Assembly (NCBI RefSeq): GCF_001194135.2
Contig: NC_068981.1
Coordinates: 100,347,932-100,411,931 of the forward strand
Length of the DNA stretch: 64,000 bases
From: Octopus bimaculoides
Lineage: Eukaryota
Direction of reading: 5' to 3'
In this document: piece after piece, positions 39,361-53,278 of the stretch
How the letters are laid out: every line of letters begins with the position of its first letter
Numbering within the stretch: the first letter of the stretch is position 1
Made by a program: the position numbers and the translations under genes
Notes under the pieces: generated by a model
What the model was told of the DNA's origin: nothing
Databases searched by the model: none
What the model saw: only the letters and a program-made list of their open reading frames with translations

Positions 39361-39750
39361 TGTTGTTGGCACTCCGTCGTTTACGACGTCGAGGGTTCCA
39401 GTTGATTCGATCAACGGAACAGCCTGCTCATGAAATTAACGTGCAAGTGGCTGAGCACTCCACAGACACGTGTACCCTTAATGTAGTTCTCGGGGATATT
39501 CAGCGTGACACAGCGTGACACAGTGTGACAAGGCTGACCCTTTGAATTACAGGCACAACAGAAACAGGAAGTAAGAGTGAGAGAAAGTTGTGGTGAAAGA
39601 GTACAGCAGGGTTCGCCACCATCCCCTGCTGGAGCCTCGTGGAGCTTTAGGTGTTTTCGCTCAATAAACACTCACAACGCCCAGTCTGAGAATCGAAACC
39701 GCGATCCTATGACCGCAAGTTTTCTGCCCTAACCACTGGGCCATTGCGCC
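39361..39750 (-). mobile_element. SINE family B, full-length, nested in an older family D SINE
   Basis: Reverse complement of 26578-26968; 12-bp TSD acagtacttggt at 39349-39360 and 39751-39762. Confidence 0.92.
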
Positions 39751-40249
39751 ACAGTACTTGGTACACTAATTGAATCCATGATCTTATGATCATGATCACT
39801 GGGTTACACACCTTCACACATTCAACAATAATTCAGTACAAATGTTACTCCACTCCAGAAAGAAAATACGAACCACTTCTTCACCTCCACTGCTACTCCA
39901 AGAGTTGCAGTTGCTGACCATCTTCTTGCTGTGTCCAGAAACTAGTGGTGCCAAAATGCTTCTTTCATAGTCATTTCACATTGAACGGAGAAAGACAGAA
40001 AGAGAACTTGATCTCAATCATTACTTGATGTTTTATTGAATAAGGGATGAAAGGCAAAGCTAGCCTCCCTCCATGGGATTGAATTTAGAGCACAATCAAC
40101 CAAAACTAATACCACAAGGTATTCTATCCAATATTCCATTGACTCTGTTAATTCAACCATGTCCTCAGGTCAACTAAAACTCTGTGCGATAAAAACCATA
40201 CCTACAGTACATATGTATGTGTGTATGTGTATTTTAGTAAACTATCATT

Positions 40250-40848
40250 AGTCATCGGTCATCATGTATAGCATTACTTCATTCTTTTTTGAAGTCATCA
40301 GCATAACATAACCAGTCACATATCAATTAAACATTTTATGAAAGGAAACAATTTATTGAAGATGGAAATAATTAGTCTTGAGGAAAATTGTGGAACATGT
40401 CTTTTTTTCTTCTTTTCTTCATAGAATGGGAGTAGATTAGGAATCAAGAGAATAGAAAGTTCTTAATGTACACATAAAGAGCAATAACTATTTCTGGAGA
40501 ATTCTACCTGATGAAAATATTTATTAGCCAATAATTTCAGTTTTAGCAACAGACATTTTCTGATATATTCTTTGAGATGTAGACATTCGTTTCAAGCTGC
40601 TTTTTTTCTGAGTGGCATTCCTTCAAGTGTGCAGTGGAACAGATACCTATTCATAAACACCTGCACACCTTGACCATTGCCAACAGTTTAAATTGCATTT
40701 TCACAAAATTACAGACGTAGATGATCCCCTAATAGTTGCAGATATTACAACAGAGATCATTAATTTGTTACAATATGAAGCAGGATTGGAAATTTAAAAT
40801 TGAAATTAAGAAATCATAAAGAAAAAAATGCATAGAATTCACATAATT

Positions 40849-40893
<45 letters not shown>

Positions 40894-41103
40894 CTTATTA
40901 TGAAGTTCTTCAAATTACTAGTTGTTGGCAATCATGCATAATGCTATTTCATTCTTTCTAGATATCAACAGCATGACATAACTTATGACTTATTAATTAA
41001 ACATTTTATGAAGTAAGACCTTTTATTAAAAATGGAAATAGTTACACTCTGGAGTAAATTCATGGAATGCTTTTTTCTTTTCTTCTTTTCTTCATAGAAA
41101 GTT
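40250..41103 (+). repeat. Old direct repeat (~180 bp; ~40250-40430 and ~40920-41103)
   Basis: Shared blocks aattaaacattttatgaa, atggaaata and ttcttcttttcttcatagaa. Confidence 0.75.
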
Positions 41104-41149
41104 AATGTATGAGTGTTTGTTTGTGTGTGTGTTTGATAGAGATTAGAAG

Positions 41150-41485
41150 GAGACCCCCCTCGGTCATGAATGACCATGGGATTCCACCTAGAAAGTTACC
41201 CTCTGAGGCACAAGTCCAAGCAAGGTTGTTTGTGGAAGGCCAGCAGTCGCCCATGCATACCAGCCTCCCCACTCCACACCACTGATGCTATCCAAGAGAA
41301 AGACAAAGGCTGATACAGCTTGGCACCAGTGATATTGTAACTCATTTCTACAGCTGAGTGAACTGGAGCAACGAGAAATAAAGTGTCTTGCTCAAGAACA
41401 CAACACGCAGTCTGGTCCGGGAATCAAACTCACAACCTCATGATCATAAACTTGACGCTCAAACCACTGAGCCATGTGCCTTCAC
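41150..41485 (-). mobile_element. SINE family D (tRNA head plus CORE-like central domain)
   Basis: Minus strand: gtgaaggcacatggctcagtggtttgagcg...gagtttgattcccgg...gttcttgagcaagacactttatt...ctcagctgtagaaatgag. Confidence 0.8.
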
Positions 41486-42199
41486 GCAGAGTAGGGTAAG
41501 AATAAATGGTGTGTCAAATAAGAATATATCACACAGTACTCTATTTTGATGCAGCCACATTCTTTTATCGAAGTCAAGTTTACCTGCTTCTACCTCTGAG
41601 ACTGGCAAAAGGATAAGCATACAAAGCACTAAGATCAATATAATCGACTGAAACCTTACAAATGATACCCAAGCATGGACAGAGTCAGGTGATTGAAACC
41701 AATGAAAGAATACAAGAATATAAATTCTAATCATGTTCTGATTACTGCTTTGCATTTAGACAACTCAGATCACCTAAGAATAGGAATAAAAGCTAGTAAA
41801 CTAGGTTTTATTCTTATTTCATAATTACATGCTTAGCAATAAGAAGCCCATCTAATTCTGAAACACCTGTTCAAATGATATGCAAATACACTTTAGACAA
41901 AGGTTGTCCAAATGATGATAAATAGCAGAAGAAAAATATGAGTTTAGATGGTATAGTGTCCTCTTTACTATCTCATCATTACTATTCTGCTGCCCAGCAG
42001 TGTCAGTTATCTAATTCCCACCCATATTTCATCACTCTCCAGTACCAAACAATCAGTCCCACTCTCTCTTCTAAAGTGTGAATTGTTATAGTTGTCATGT
42101 AGCTCCTCTACAGCAAGAAACCTGTTTCTACTTTGGCCCCCTTCTCTCATACATTTACTCATCCTTTGTCTCTTATCTTCAAACATTAAGTAGTACCCT

Positions 42200-42430
42200 T
42201 GGGATTCATAATCCTGTAAACTGCATGACAGCTTCACTGATGCTGGTGGCATGCAAAAAAGTACCCAGTACACACTGTAAAGTAGTTGGTTTTAAGAAGG
42301 GCATCCAGTTGTAGGAACCAAGACTGGAATGTGATGCAATTCTCAGGTCCCTTTGGATCCTGTCAAACCAGCCAACACACATAAGCAAGGAACACGAACA
42401 TTAAATGAGGATGATCATAATCATGATGAT
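42200..42430 (+). mobile_element. RTE-type 3' tail
   Basis: gaagggcatccagttgtaggaacc...gatgatcataatcatgatgat. Confidence 0.65.
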
Positions 42431-43754
42431 CATGATAGTAATGCATTTAACGTATTTGTATCTATTTCATTCACTGATATTACTAATGTTCTTTGGGAAA
42501 ACATAAAAGTTAAAAAGTCTCATTTCCTTGAAGTCAACAGAATTAAACATCCATTGATGGATAACACTGGTTTAAAACTAATGAAATATAAAGAAGAAAA
42601 ACCGTTTGGTCTTTAACAGCATTTATTTAGTCAAAGTGAAATGAACAGTTTCTGCTTGACATGTATAGTAATACTGTTTGCATGTACTATCCACTTAGTC
42701 TTGAACTGTTTTGCATTTTCCTCCCCCAGAAGCATGGGAGAAAATGTAAAATGGAAGAATATATTAAACCTCTCTTTCCTGTATATTTCTGATCGTCTGT
42801 TTGTATCTAATGATGTGGTTTCACATCTCTATAATATACTGATTTAAATGTATGTAATTTTCACTGTATGGCTGAAAGAAAATAACTTGTGATGCTAGAA
42901 ACAAATATGATAGGGTCTCATATATGTAATATAAGGTTGAAACTCCCTAAGCAATTACTTGTCAAAAACCCTTTTTCTGGTATGCTTACAACCAGAAAAC
43001 AACAAGCATAGGAGACAACCCCGACCTGTCTTGACTACTGTTCAAAAGCTTTGATAAAAATACTGATCTTGTTTTCAGATTTTAAATACACCTCAAGGGA
43101 GCTTTTGTTTATTATTTTGCTTGGATGATCACAACTGAATGAAGTTTTACAACTCACTATAATTACATATGTCACACTCTGCCATACATGCAACATTCAT
43201 GCTACCCTTTGCATGAACAGAATATTTATCAGCTAGTACCTTTCTTTGATCTACTGGATTACATTTTATTTGAACAGCTTCTAAAACTCAAGCTACATAT
43301 TATTGCTTGCATCATGTTTTTGAACTAAAGTCTGTAGATTATTCCAATGAATAATACATTAAACACCAGAACTGTTCAAACAAGTTCAGATGTTGGCTGC
43401 AATGTTAAATCGTTTTCAGGGTATTTGCAATTCTATGTATTTCACATTTTCTGCACTATTTACAAACGAAGTAAGTCTTTAAAATATATGAATATTTTAA
43501 AAAGTAATGCATAAGTTTACCTTATAGATTTTAATACATTGTTTGTACTCACTGTATGCTATCGTTAAAAACTTCCAGTTTATAATTATACAAGCCTTAT
43601 ACCAAAAATAAAGTAAAAGTGGACACAACACTTTTTTTTAAATAACATATTCAAATTGCATATGTTGGTAGAGTAGCACTTACTCTACAGCCACTCTACT
43701 TCTTCTTCTTAATTATCATCATCATCATTGCATACAAATAATGGGATCCAAGCA

Positions 43755-44235
43755 GAACCAGCACTCAGTCATTGAGTTCTTGACATAGGAAGGGTGCAGG
43801 CTGTCTGACAACCACAGAAGGCTATAAGTTGCTTATGGAGATGACACCGTTGACAAGAGTAATGTGCTCAAATTGATAAAGACATATAAAGAAGAGGAAA
43901 CCAGCACTGAAGACAAACTATACAGTGGAGGACCATCACTGACATGACTCAATAACAAGTAGATGAATTGATTCCTGCCAAAAGATGTGTCACAAGCCAT
44001 GACCTCATTGTACAACTGGAATGTGGTTACAATGAATTAGAGAAGTTGGGAGAAAATTTTGGGTTATTGGAAGGTATGTTCTAAGCGAGCACCTCAGCAG
44101 CTGACAGCTGATTTCAAAGAGTGATTTGCTAGAAGTAATTTAAAACCAATGCAAACATTCTTTTGTGGTTTGATGATAAGGAATAGAATGTAGGCATATC
44201 TTTACAATCCAGAAATGAAGGATAGCATCGCACTT
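43755..44235 (+). mobile_element. Old mariner transposase fragment (HTH region to first catalytic block)
   Basis: HRRL*VAYGDDTVDKSNV...YSGGPS...LGYWKVCSKRAPQQLT...YNPEMK. Confidence 0.75.
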
Positions 44236-45980
44236 TTTCTACAAGGTATAAGTAGTTCAAGAACCAGCAATGACACAGAAAGTCATTTATTCATACATAC
44301 ATACAAACATACATACATACATACACACGCACACATACACATGCATGATATGCACAAATACACACACATGTATGCATGCACACGCACACATACATGCATG
44401 CATCCTTTTTTTTCTATGATAAATTTGTTCTGTACATATATTGCATCCTTACACTACAAGTGATGTGGCTGAATATGTCTATACTATTCACAATTCATTT
44501 GTAGCATAATGTATTGAGCTTTAAATTATTGTTCATGCATTGAACATAACTCATTATAACAAGATATATAATTGTAGAGCTGTACTCATCTGGTAAGTGA
44601 CGCCTCACAAAATAAATGAGAGGGGAATTTAATGCTGTATGGGGCACAAAAGAGATATTGCTTGTTTCTTTTTTTTTTTTTAGTAAAATGGTTCTTCCAA
44701 GATGTAATGACTGCTTATATAATGTTCTTTGGGGATTAAAAATAGAGCTATGAAAATTCCTTGGGACAGGGAGTGAAATAAGATTGAATATTATTTGATT
44801 AGTTCAAGGACAATATTAGAAATTGTAATCATGACCATTTTTTCCGATAACAGTGGGTAGAGGCATTCTATTTACTACATTACATTCATTTCAGATATTA
44901 TTTACTCACAACTCTCTTCAACATAGCAAATTTCTGCAACAACTTTTATATTCATTCACTTATTTCAGTTGTGCGAGCTTCAAAAGCACAGAAAAAGCAA
45001 ATATGTTGTTAATACTGAGATTAAATTTATATCCAACTATGTCCTCTATAAAGATTACATTTCTATTGCAGTTTATGCAAGCTTTGTCCACTTATACATC
45101 ACTGGTCTGTGATCAACTATGTATCATTTACTGTGACAGATGTATTAAGTGTATGCCATAAGTTTTGTGCTATAGCTAGTATTTATAATTTAAGTCATGT
45201 GCTCTACTATTTTGATTTATATTATAAGCTACAAAATTCCTATTGTGTGACTTGAAGCTGGTCAGGTTGGCTGGATGTTGACTACATTCCATCACCAGCA
45301 ATATTCTGTCTCTTTAAAAAGGATACACAATTCTCAAAGATCTTAAACTGAACTCTGAAAGAATCAGTCCACCAAGCCATTGGCAAGTACCATGAGGAGA
45401 ATTTAAATGATAGTTGTATAAATGATTATTGTTTTGTTAGCTTACCATGTTAAATTCAAACTGTGTTATGGAAAGAGTTTGATATTACTACCCAAAATGA
45501 TTTTAATCTTTGTTTAGTCAAGGATGAGATCTAGCTGCTCCTACCATTTCTCAACTAGTTGATGTCAAGAGAATTTCATATAAATTCAGTATGCTCTCAG
45601 ATCTTTTGTTGACACTTAAATTTACTTACAAAATACTTAATTCAACTAACAAGATATTTAATTACATTTAAAAAGATACTTAATCCGACTTACTCAAGGA
45701 TAAACAGCTATTAAAGCTATTATTTAACATTACACATGTTATCTTAGATTGCAGTTAGGATTTGCAAATAACATTAGTGTCACTAGTATTAAGTAGCTTT
45801 TATCAGCCAAACCAGAAGACCAATGATATAGAAGCAACTGATCAAACAAAATATTCTGTCACTGTTTCTATCAACTATCATCTTATCTTTGTTGTGGATT
45901 GGCATGGCTGTATGATTAAGAAGTTTGCTTCCCAGTCACATAGGTTCAGATTCAATTTTATTACACCTTGGGTAAATGCC

Positions 45981-46020
<40 letters not shown>

Positions 46021-49000
46021 CAGGGTCATGTGTGTACATGTCAGCAAAAGACATACACAACAGCAACAAAACTAACAATCAACAGGTCTATCAAATAAAA
46101 GTACATGGTATTTATTACACCCAAGTTTCACAAACACTACCTTGTCACTCTTACTATCAGAAAAACACAAAGAAATGTTGATCTAATACTTAAGAGATTA
46201 GACAATGTAAAAAGCTGGAACAAATACTGCAAAACATTTCATCTTACTCTCTGACTACTCAACCAATTCACCCCTCTGAAGTGGTTCCTTATTTATCAAC
46301 TGTGAAAAGATAAAAGGCAAAGTTGCCCTTGATGGTATTTGAACTCAGATCACAGAAAGTCAGAAGTTACATGGTATTTTGTCTACATCCTAATGTCTGG
46401 CAATATGTCACACCTATCCTACATCAGACATGGTCTTCATTAAACACCTTAATCTGTTTTTTATCAGCCAAAACTAGTTGTAAGGAAAAGAAGGGGAAGT
46501 AAAGAGGAAACAGAAGAAGAGGAGAGACAGTGGGGACGGTAGAGACAGAAGGAAAAAGATGATGATATGTTTTATTGTCAGATTGTTGTCTGCTTCCAAA
46601 TCATAAAATATTATCTAAACAAAATTGCAGCTCATTTTTAACACATCATTTGAAGGAGTGTGTGCATTTGCATTTATAAACAAGAAACTTCATGTAGAAT
46701 ATCGTTTTCTGTTGTTGTATGTGCAATCATGAACATATCATGATCAGTGTATGCATTGGAGCATACATAATTAGTAAGATATTTTACATAGGTCTCTGAA
46801 ATGTAAGGCTATCAGAATTTAAAATCAAGGTTAGTCAACTGTGTTAATTTAGTTCAGAAACATATTTCACTCAATTGCTGATCTGAGATAAAATTATGGC
46901 AGAAGTAGAAAAAGATGCAAACAAGAAACAAAACCAAACAAAAGAAATAATAAAGAATGGAAATCAATCAATGAAAATATACCACCAATCAGAATCCACT
47001 AATCAATAGAGGAATTTAACTTCATGAACATATTTGTTTTGCTGCTTGTTTTCCTGTAGAATTTCATTTCCATACAATGAAAGGATTTGTACATTAAATG
47101 CGTTTTTAATGTTAAGTTTATATTTTAGCTAGAAACCAAATGTCTTTTAAATCATCATGCTTGAACAGTTAAGCAATATTTTAGTAATATTCATAAGTCT
47201 CCTACTTGGTCTATTTATTAGCAATTATCTCTAGCAGTTTATATTATATTATGTTTGTTATTCACAAGTGTACACCTGGGGCTGTCTGTTAAGCATTATG
47301 ACAATCTCCAAATGTTCTACATTACTAAATTGTATTTGATATCCATAGATGTTCACTTGAAAGCATCTATTAAAATATTTTTCATTATCAACTTCATAAT
47401 CTATTGGTGATTTAGTAGAAACGGTAGCACACAGACCAAATTGTTATGCAATAAAATAGTAAGTAGTGTCAGAGGGAACTAATGACAGCCTACATCAACA
47501 GATAGTAATACAAAAAGTTCACATAGTGGAATAAATAATTTAGCTAAGAGGAAGAAGAGAATTTAACATTTCAAGCAGAAATCTACATCAAAAAGATATG
47601 TAGGTTTCTGCTTAAAACATTAGATTTTTCTTCTTCCTCACAGCAAATTATTTTATTCCATTTTGTGAACTAAATGTTTTATACAGTATTTAGTTTTCTG
47701 TCTATATTGTGAATTTTACACTGGCAATGAATAACTTGGCACTTCATTCCTTTGTGTTTGACTTCAACTGACTTCATTCTCTCATCTATAATGTTTGGTC
47801 TGGTACCTAGCTGAAAAGAAACTATAATGGCATGGCTATCAAAATAATAATAATTATTGTTTTATCCAATAATATTTATTCTTTCATTATTAACTTCATC
47901 TTTGGAGATGTAAAATATTTTACATTTACGTCTACATTAAGCCACTGATGCATGCAGTGAAGTGGGAACCTTTTATGTCTAAACTAAGAGTAACAATGTT
48001 CTTTTTCACTAATACACACCAGCAGATACACTGGTAAATTGACTTACAAACATTTTAGTATCATTTACTTGTCAAAAACATCAAACGCCCAAGCAATCTG
48101 ATGTTTATGACAACTTTTTATACTCCTTCATACATTTGCTACCATAGTTTGCAAGCTTTGGATTCATATTGATTGCTTTGGTGAAAAAGGTGTACCTTAC
48201 ACACAATCAAATATGATAAATATGAACATTTAACTAAAAGTAGTCACAGGAGGATCATGATCATAAGACTGTTGGTTCAATTCTTACACCAGGCAATGTG
48301 TTGTGTCCTTGAGTGAGACACTTCATTTCATGTTGCATGAACATCAAACAGGTGCTGGTACAGCCATCTTTCCCTTCAGCCATCACATCCTGGATGTTCC
48401 ACTAGGTTAAAAGTGAGGGCAGGAATAAGAGGATATCTATGTCTACACTTAACCTAGACATCCAAAACAATTAGTAAAAGCATGGGAAATGTTACCAAGT
48501 CTTACTCTTTAACAATTGACATCTGGCTATATTACAAGGGTCAGTATTGAAAGTGTTCTGTCAGAGATGAATTGTTAATTAGATTATAATTGTTAGAGTA
48601 ACCTCTTTTTACAAGTTCATAATTAAAAAAAAAATACAATAAATCTACTGAGTATTTCAATCAGTTTGATCTCTGACGATCATTATTAGGTATTTTATTC
48701 CTGAATATATGCATATACCCAACTGGATTTGAACTAGGTACCTTTATCCCTAAACTAAGGCTAGTAATACTTATCCATTAAGTAATACTTATCCATTAAG
48801 CCAGTATTTCTAAAAGTAGGTTCTGAGGAATATCGAGGTTCCACCAAAATATTTTGAGATTCCACAAGGAAGGTGATCATCAAATATAATTAAATAAAAA
48901 TTTAGTTTTCACCATTCATTATTCACCATTTGAAGGTAATATTATTATCTAACATTATATTGTATAACATTACATTTCTTACGTATATGAATAAATTTTC

Positions 49001-49202
49001 TCTTTAAAACACTTTTAGTTTCATATTAGGGTGTCAATAGAATATAAGTATGAGTTCTGTGGTTTTGGAAAATCATGTAAACAATACAAAATGAGGAAGG
49101 TATAATGAGGGGGAGAGGGAGTGGTGGCTAGCAAAAAGTAGGGATGGCAATAAAGTGAGAATAGAATACAAACATACCACCACTTTGTACACTGGTGACA
49201 TG

Positions 49203-49208
<6 letters not shown>

Positions 49209-49292
<84 letters not shown>
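49209..49292. repeat. (GA)n microsatellite
   Basis: Direct reading. Confidence 0.95.
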
Positions 49293-49296
<4 letters not shown>

Positions 49297-49449
49297 TAGA
49301 GTGAGAATAGGTAAGCACACAGATTGAAGAGGAAAATGTGACAGACAAGAGATTAATGAAAAGATGGAGAATTTATGAAGAATTCATATGAGAGAGAAAC
49401 CCAAATGTAGATGTTATATGTACCCAAATCCATTGCTGTTATAATCATT

Positions 49450-50050
49450 TTTATGTCTATTTTTCCATGGCTATATAGGTTGGATGGATTTTCTCCAGCA
49501 CAATGTTTCACCACAAGTCATAGTCCTGTGTTCTTTTTGTCATGTAAGCTCAGCCTTTGAAAATCAGTTTCACCACTTCATCCCATGTCAAATTAGTTTC
49601 CCTCATCCACATATTTTATCCACTTGGAATACTCAGTATTTCTTTATCCCACTCACATCTTCCATACACATCACATGCCAACACCAATGTAATCCTCTTT
49701 CTTATATACAACATCTAGAAACATGTATTGTAATATGTATAGTAATATGCAAAACATCCATTTACTTCATCCTTATTATTATAAATAACATTGCATTAAA
49801 TGTACCAATTATTCCTTTGATATATCTAGTTTTTCTCTCAGCTCATATATGCTTCATCATTGAGGCACACAAACATTATACATACAACAGAGTATGCTCT
49901 CTTCAGTTCTTTCTAGTCTTCACAGATCCTTCACATTCAAGGCTCATGTCTCACTACCATGTCCCACTGCCCTTCTTACACAAGCTTCATAGAATTTACT
50001 CTTCACTCAGAGGAAGAAACATTTTTGCCAGCAAAGTTCCCTGAACTTTT
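49450..50050 (-). mobile_element. RTE LINE 3' fragment, decayed
   Basis: Minus: LRVKSKFYEACVRRAVGHGSET*ALNVKDL*RLERTE; RTE tail at ~49455-49500. Confidence 0.8.
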
Positions 50051-50319
50051 TCCACTCCATCCTTATTTTAACAGTTACAGTTTCAGAACAGACACCTCCA
50101 TTGCTGAATTCATCTTCATTACTAATTAGATCATCTTTATTGCTAATTAGATCACCTAGCTAGAAAAAGTTCTCAATGACTACAGTGGAGCATTTGAAAA
50201 AGTTTACATGATATATATATTGGTAACTTTACAAGACATGTAACTAAACCTTTCATTTAACACCCGTTTTCCAGGCTGATATGGGTTGGACAGATATATG
50301 AACAAAAACACACACACGC

Positions 50320-50432
<113 letters not shown>

Positions 50433-50902
50433 GCACACACACAATAAAAAAAGAAGTGGTCAATTAAATTAGATCAAGGCACATCAACAGTGAAGCACAC
50501 TGCATGCTTTGGCTGGACTGTTTATTCCAGATAAATTAACCATTCAAATCCATGGTCAATGCAGAGTTGAAAAGATAGTTCACTGATATTTGGTATCCTG
50601 CAAATCCAAGCATATATCAAAGGAATAATTGGTACATTTAATGCAATGTTATTTATAATAATAAGGATGAAGTAAATGGATGTTTTGCATATTACTATAC
50701 ATGTTTCAATAGCAAATCTTATTTATAAGGTGGGTACATTATACAATTTGGCATGTAAAAAAATGCAACATCATGTTACATTATGTAAGATCATATATTC
50801 ATAAAACACAGCTTCTTCAGATAATATACCTTTGAATATTTTTTTAGGGATATGCCACCAAATGTTTAGTGATAAATGGAATTCAATGAAAGGATAAAAA
50901 TA

Positions 50903-52190
50903 TTGGGTCATCCCATAAATGATGTGGTTTTTTTCAACTGCATGAACTAAAAGTCGAAGGGGGATGGGATAAACTACCTGCATCAACTTGCTATAAAAGC
51001 AGGCTGTAATTTTACCTTTGTACTTATTCTTAGTGCAAGTTTTGAAGAGTGCAGTTCAGTTTTAACAGTTATTTTTTTCAAAGCTATAATGGAAGTGACA
51101 AAGGAGCATGTTCAGCATATTTTGCTTTATGAGTTCAATAAAGGCAATAACGCAACGGAAAGTGTGAGGAATATTAATGCAGTGTATCGAGATTGGACAA
51201 TAAGCATAAACCGGTGTCAACAGTGGTTCCAGAAATTCTGAGCCAGAAACTACAGTCTAGAAGACGAGCCTCATCCTGGAAGATCTGTAGAACTTGATGA
51301 AGATGTCCTGCAAACACTTGTGGAACAAAATTCCATCATAACTGTTGAGGAACTAGCAGAAAAGCTGGGATTTGGTCATTCAACCATGCATTTCCACCTG
51401 TGTGCCATCAGAAAAGTCAGCAAACTGGGTCAATGGCTTCTTCACAAACTTTACGAGTTTAATCGCGCGCAGAGAGTGAATGTGTGCTCTACTTTGCTGT
51501 CACATGTCACAAATGAACCTTCTTTTGACTGAATAGTAACTGGTGACAAGAAATGGGTTCTCTATAAAAATGTCAAGTGCCAAAAGCAGCAGGTAGGGAA
51601 AGGAGAAACACCAATACCGCAGGCTATAGAAGGTCTTCACCCATGTAAGGTGTTGTTATCTGTTTGGAGGGATATGAAAGGTTTAGTCCACTTTGAACTT
51701 TTAAACCCAAACCAAACAATAACAAAGGAGATCTAATGGGAGTAACTTGAGCAGTTTAAGTCAGTGCTAGAAGAAAAACGACCATCTTTGGTTTCAAGAC
51801 AAAATGTGTACTTCCATCAGAATAATACTTGGCCACATACAGCAAGGATGACATTCCAAAGGCTGGACCAGTTTGAATGAGAAACAATACCCCACCCACC
51901 ATATTCATCGAACATTGCCCCATCTGATTATCATTTATTCTGCAGTCTTCAAAACCATTTAGATGGAAAAAACATGAATTCTGTAGATCAAGTCAGAACA
52001 GTAGTGGAGGAGTATTTTTCATCACAGACAAATCAATTTGGAAGAGGGACCTTGCAAATCTACCAGATATATGAAGAGAATTGTATAAAATGAAGGAGAG
52101 TATATTTTAGACTACAAAAGAACATTATTTATCTTAATTTTGAAAAATAAAAGAAGTATAAAAAACCGCATTATTTATGAGATGACCCAA
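50903..52190 (+). mobile_element. Full-length mariner element (1288 bp) with an inactivated D,D34D transposase
   Basis: TIRs ttgggtcatcccataaatgatgtggtttt / aaaaccgcattatttatgagatgacccaa; TA on both sides; ORF from ATG 51089 (MEVTKEH...IVTGDKKW...HQNNTWPH...PPYSSNIAPSDYHLF) with several stops. Confidence 0.96.
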
Positions 52191-52529
52191 TATATAGAAT
52201 GCTTGATTTGAAGAATTTAGAAATGGTGGGAGTAAATATTTAAGCCATTATTTAAATATGTCATGATGGGAGAAGAAAAATGAATTGGCAATAGGATAGA
52301 CATGGGAGAACTAAACAGTCATTAGTATTAGAAGAAAAGAAAGAAGGAGTAATGTTAAACTAATTCATATTGATATTTAAATTAGAACCAGTAATTCCGT
52401 TTTTAAAAACTATTTCATTACAGATATGTAATAAATGTATTTGTTCAAGTGAGGAAAGCATTTAAATGACTATGATACAAAAGGAATCAAAGGTAATTAA
52501 AAAAAATTTTCATCCCATCTCAGCGAACC

Positions 52530-52860
52530 ATGACAAATCACCATGTGAGACTTGGGCCTTGGTGCAGAGAGCTATGGAAAGGATGTTAGAGTGAAGGACA
52601 TTGTTGCAGAATACCACCATACAAAGCTACGATGGGCCAGTCGTGTTGCAGGGTTCACAGACGATTGGTAGACCCATGCTGTTGTTGAGTGGCACCTGTG
52701 TGAGTGGAAGAGACCACTCAGAAGACCTCCAGTCAGGTGGGGAGATGATTTAAGAAAAATGTTTGGAGCAACGTAAAGGAGAATGGCAAGAGCATAAGGG
52801 GAATGAAGCAAATGCTGTGGCCAATGGAGCCGACACGGCACCAGACAGCCCGGCTGGTTT
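52530..52860 (+). mobile_element. 3' end of a second RTE-clade family
   Basis: QRAMERML...KLRWASRVAGFTDDW*...KRPLRRPPVRWGDDLRK. Confidence 0.8.
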
Positions 52861-53278
52861 CTTATCCTGTTATCAGTATTGCATAAAGTCCTTAAATAAG
52901 TATCCTGAGAGGCAAGAAAATGTTTTCAGTAAAATATAAATTCATGATACAGGAATTGTAACTTAAAACGTTAGTCATGCATCTACTTTGCCTCTGGAAT
53001 AGCCTTTCTAATGATGTACCTTTTTACAAAATATACAGATCCAACCTGAAATCTTATGGGAAAACAGGTGAGAAAAAAAAGTATGTATACAAAGCAAAAG
53101 ACAAAATACTGAATTAAACTTAAAAACACTTGAGCACAAACACTTAGTAATTCTTTTGAAATTGCAATTTAAATGACAAAAAGGCAACAATATATTTATA
53201 AAATAATGAGAAATGGAGAAAGTTTAAAAGGAAATTGTTAAAAATATCTTCATAATAAAATAAATAACAATTACTTAC

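Noticed and set aside
41584-41601. 18-nt microexon-like segment on the minus strand
   Set aside because: Its acceptor comes from an antisense SINE tail, and such short matches are common by chance.
28146-47086. tacaatgaaagga occurring three times
   Set aside because: An AT-rich 13-mer recurring three times in 64 kb is compatible with chance, and the flanks do not align.
48070-48098. Minus-strand IAWAFDVFDK, reminiscent of an EF-hand or PDE motif
   Set aside because: Only 10 residues, with a weak acceptor and no continuing exon found; chance cannot be excluded.
49484-50044. 186-aa plus-strand ORF, the longest gap-free ORF in the track
   Set aside because: It is the antisense of an RTE fragment whose motifs are on the minus strand.
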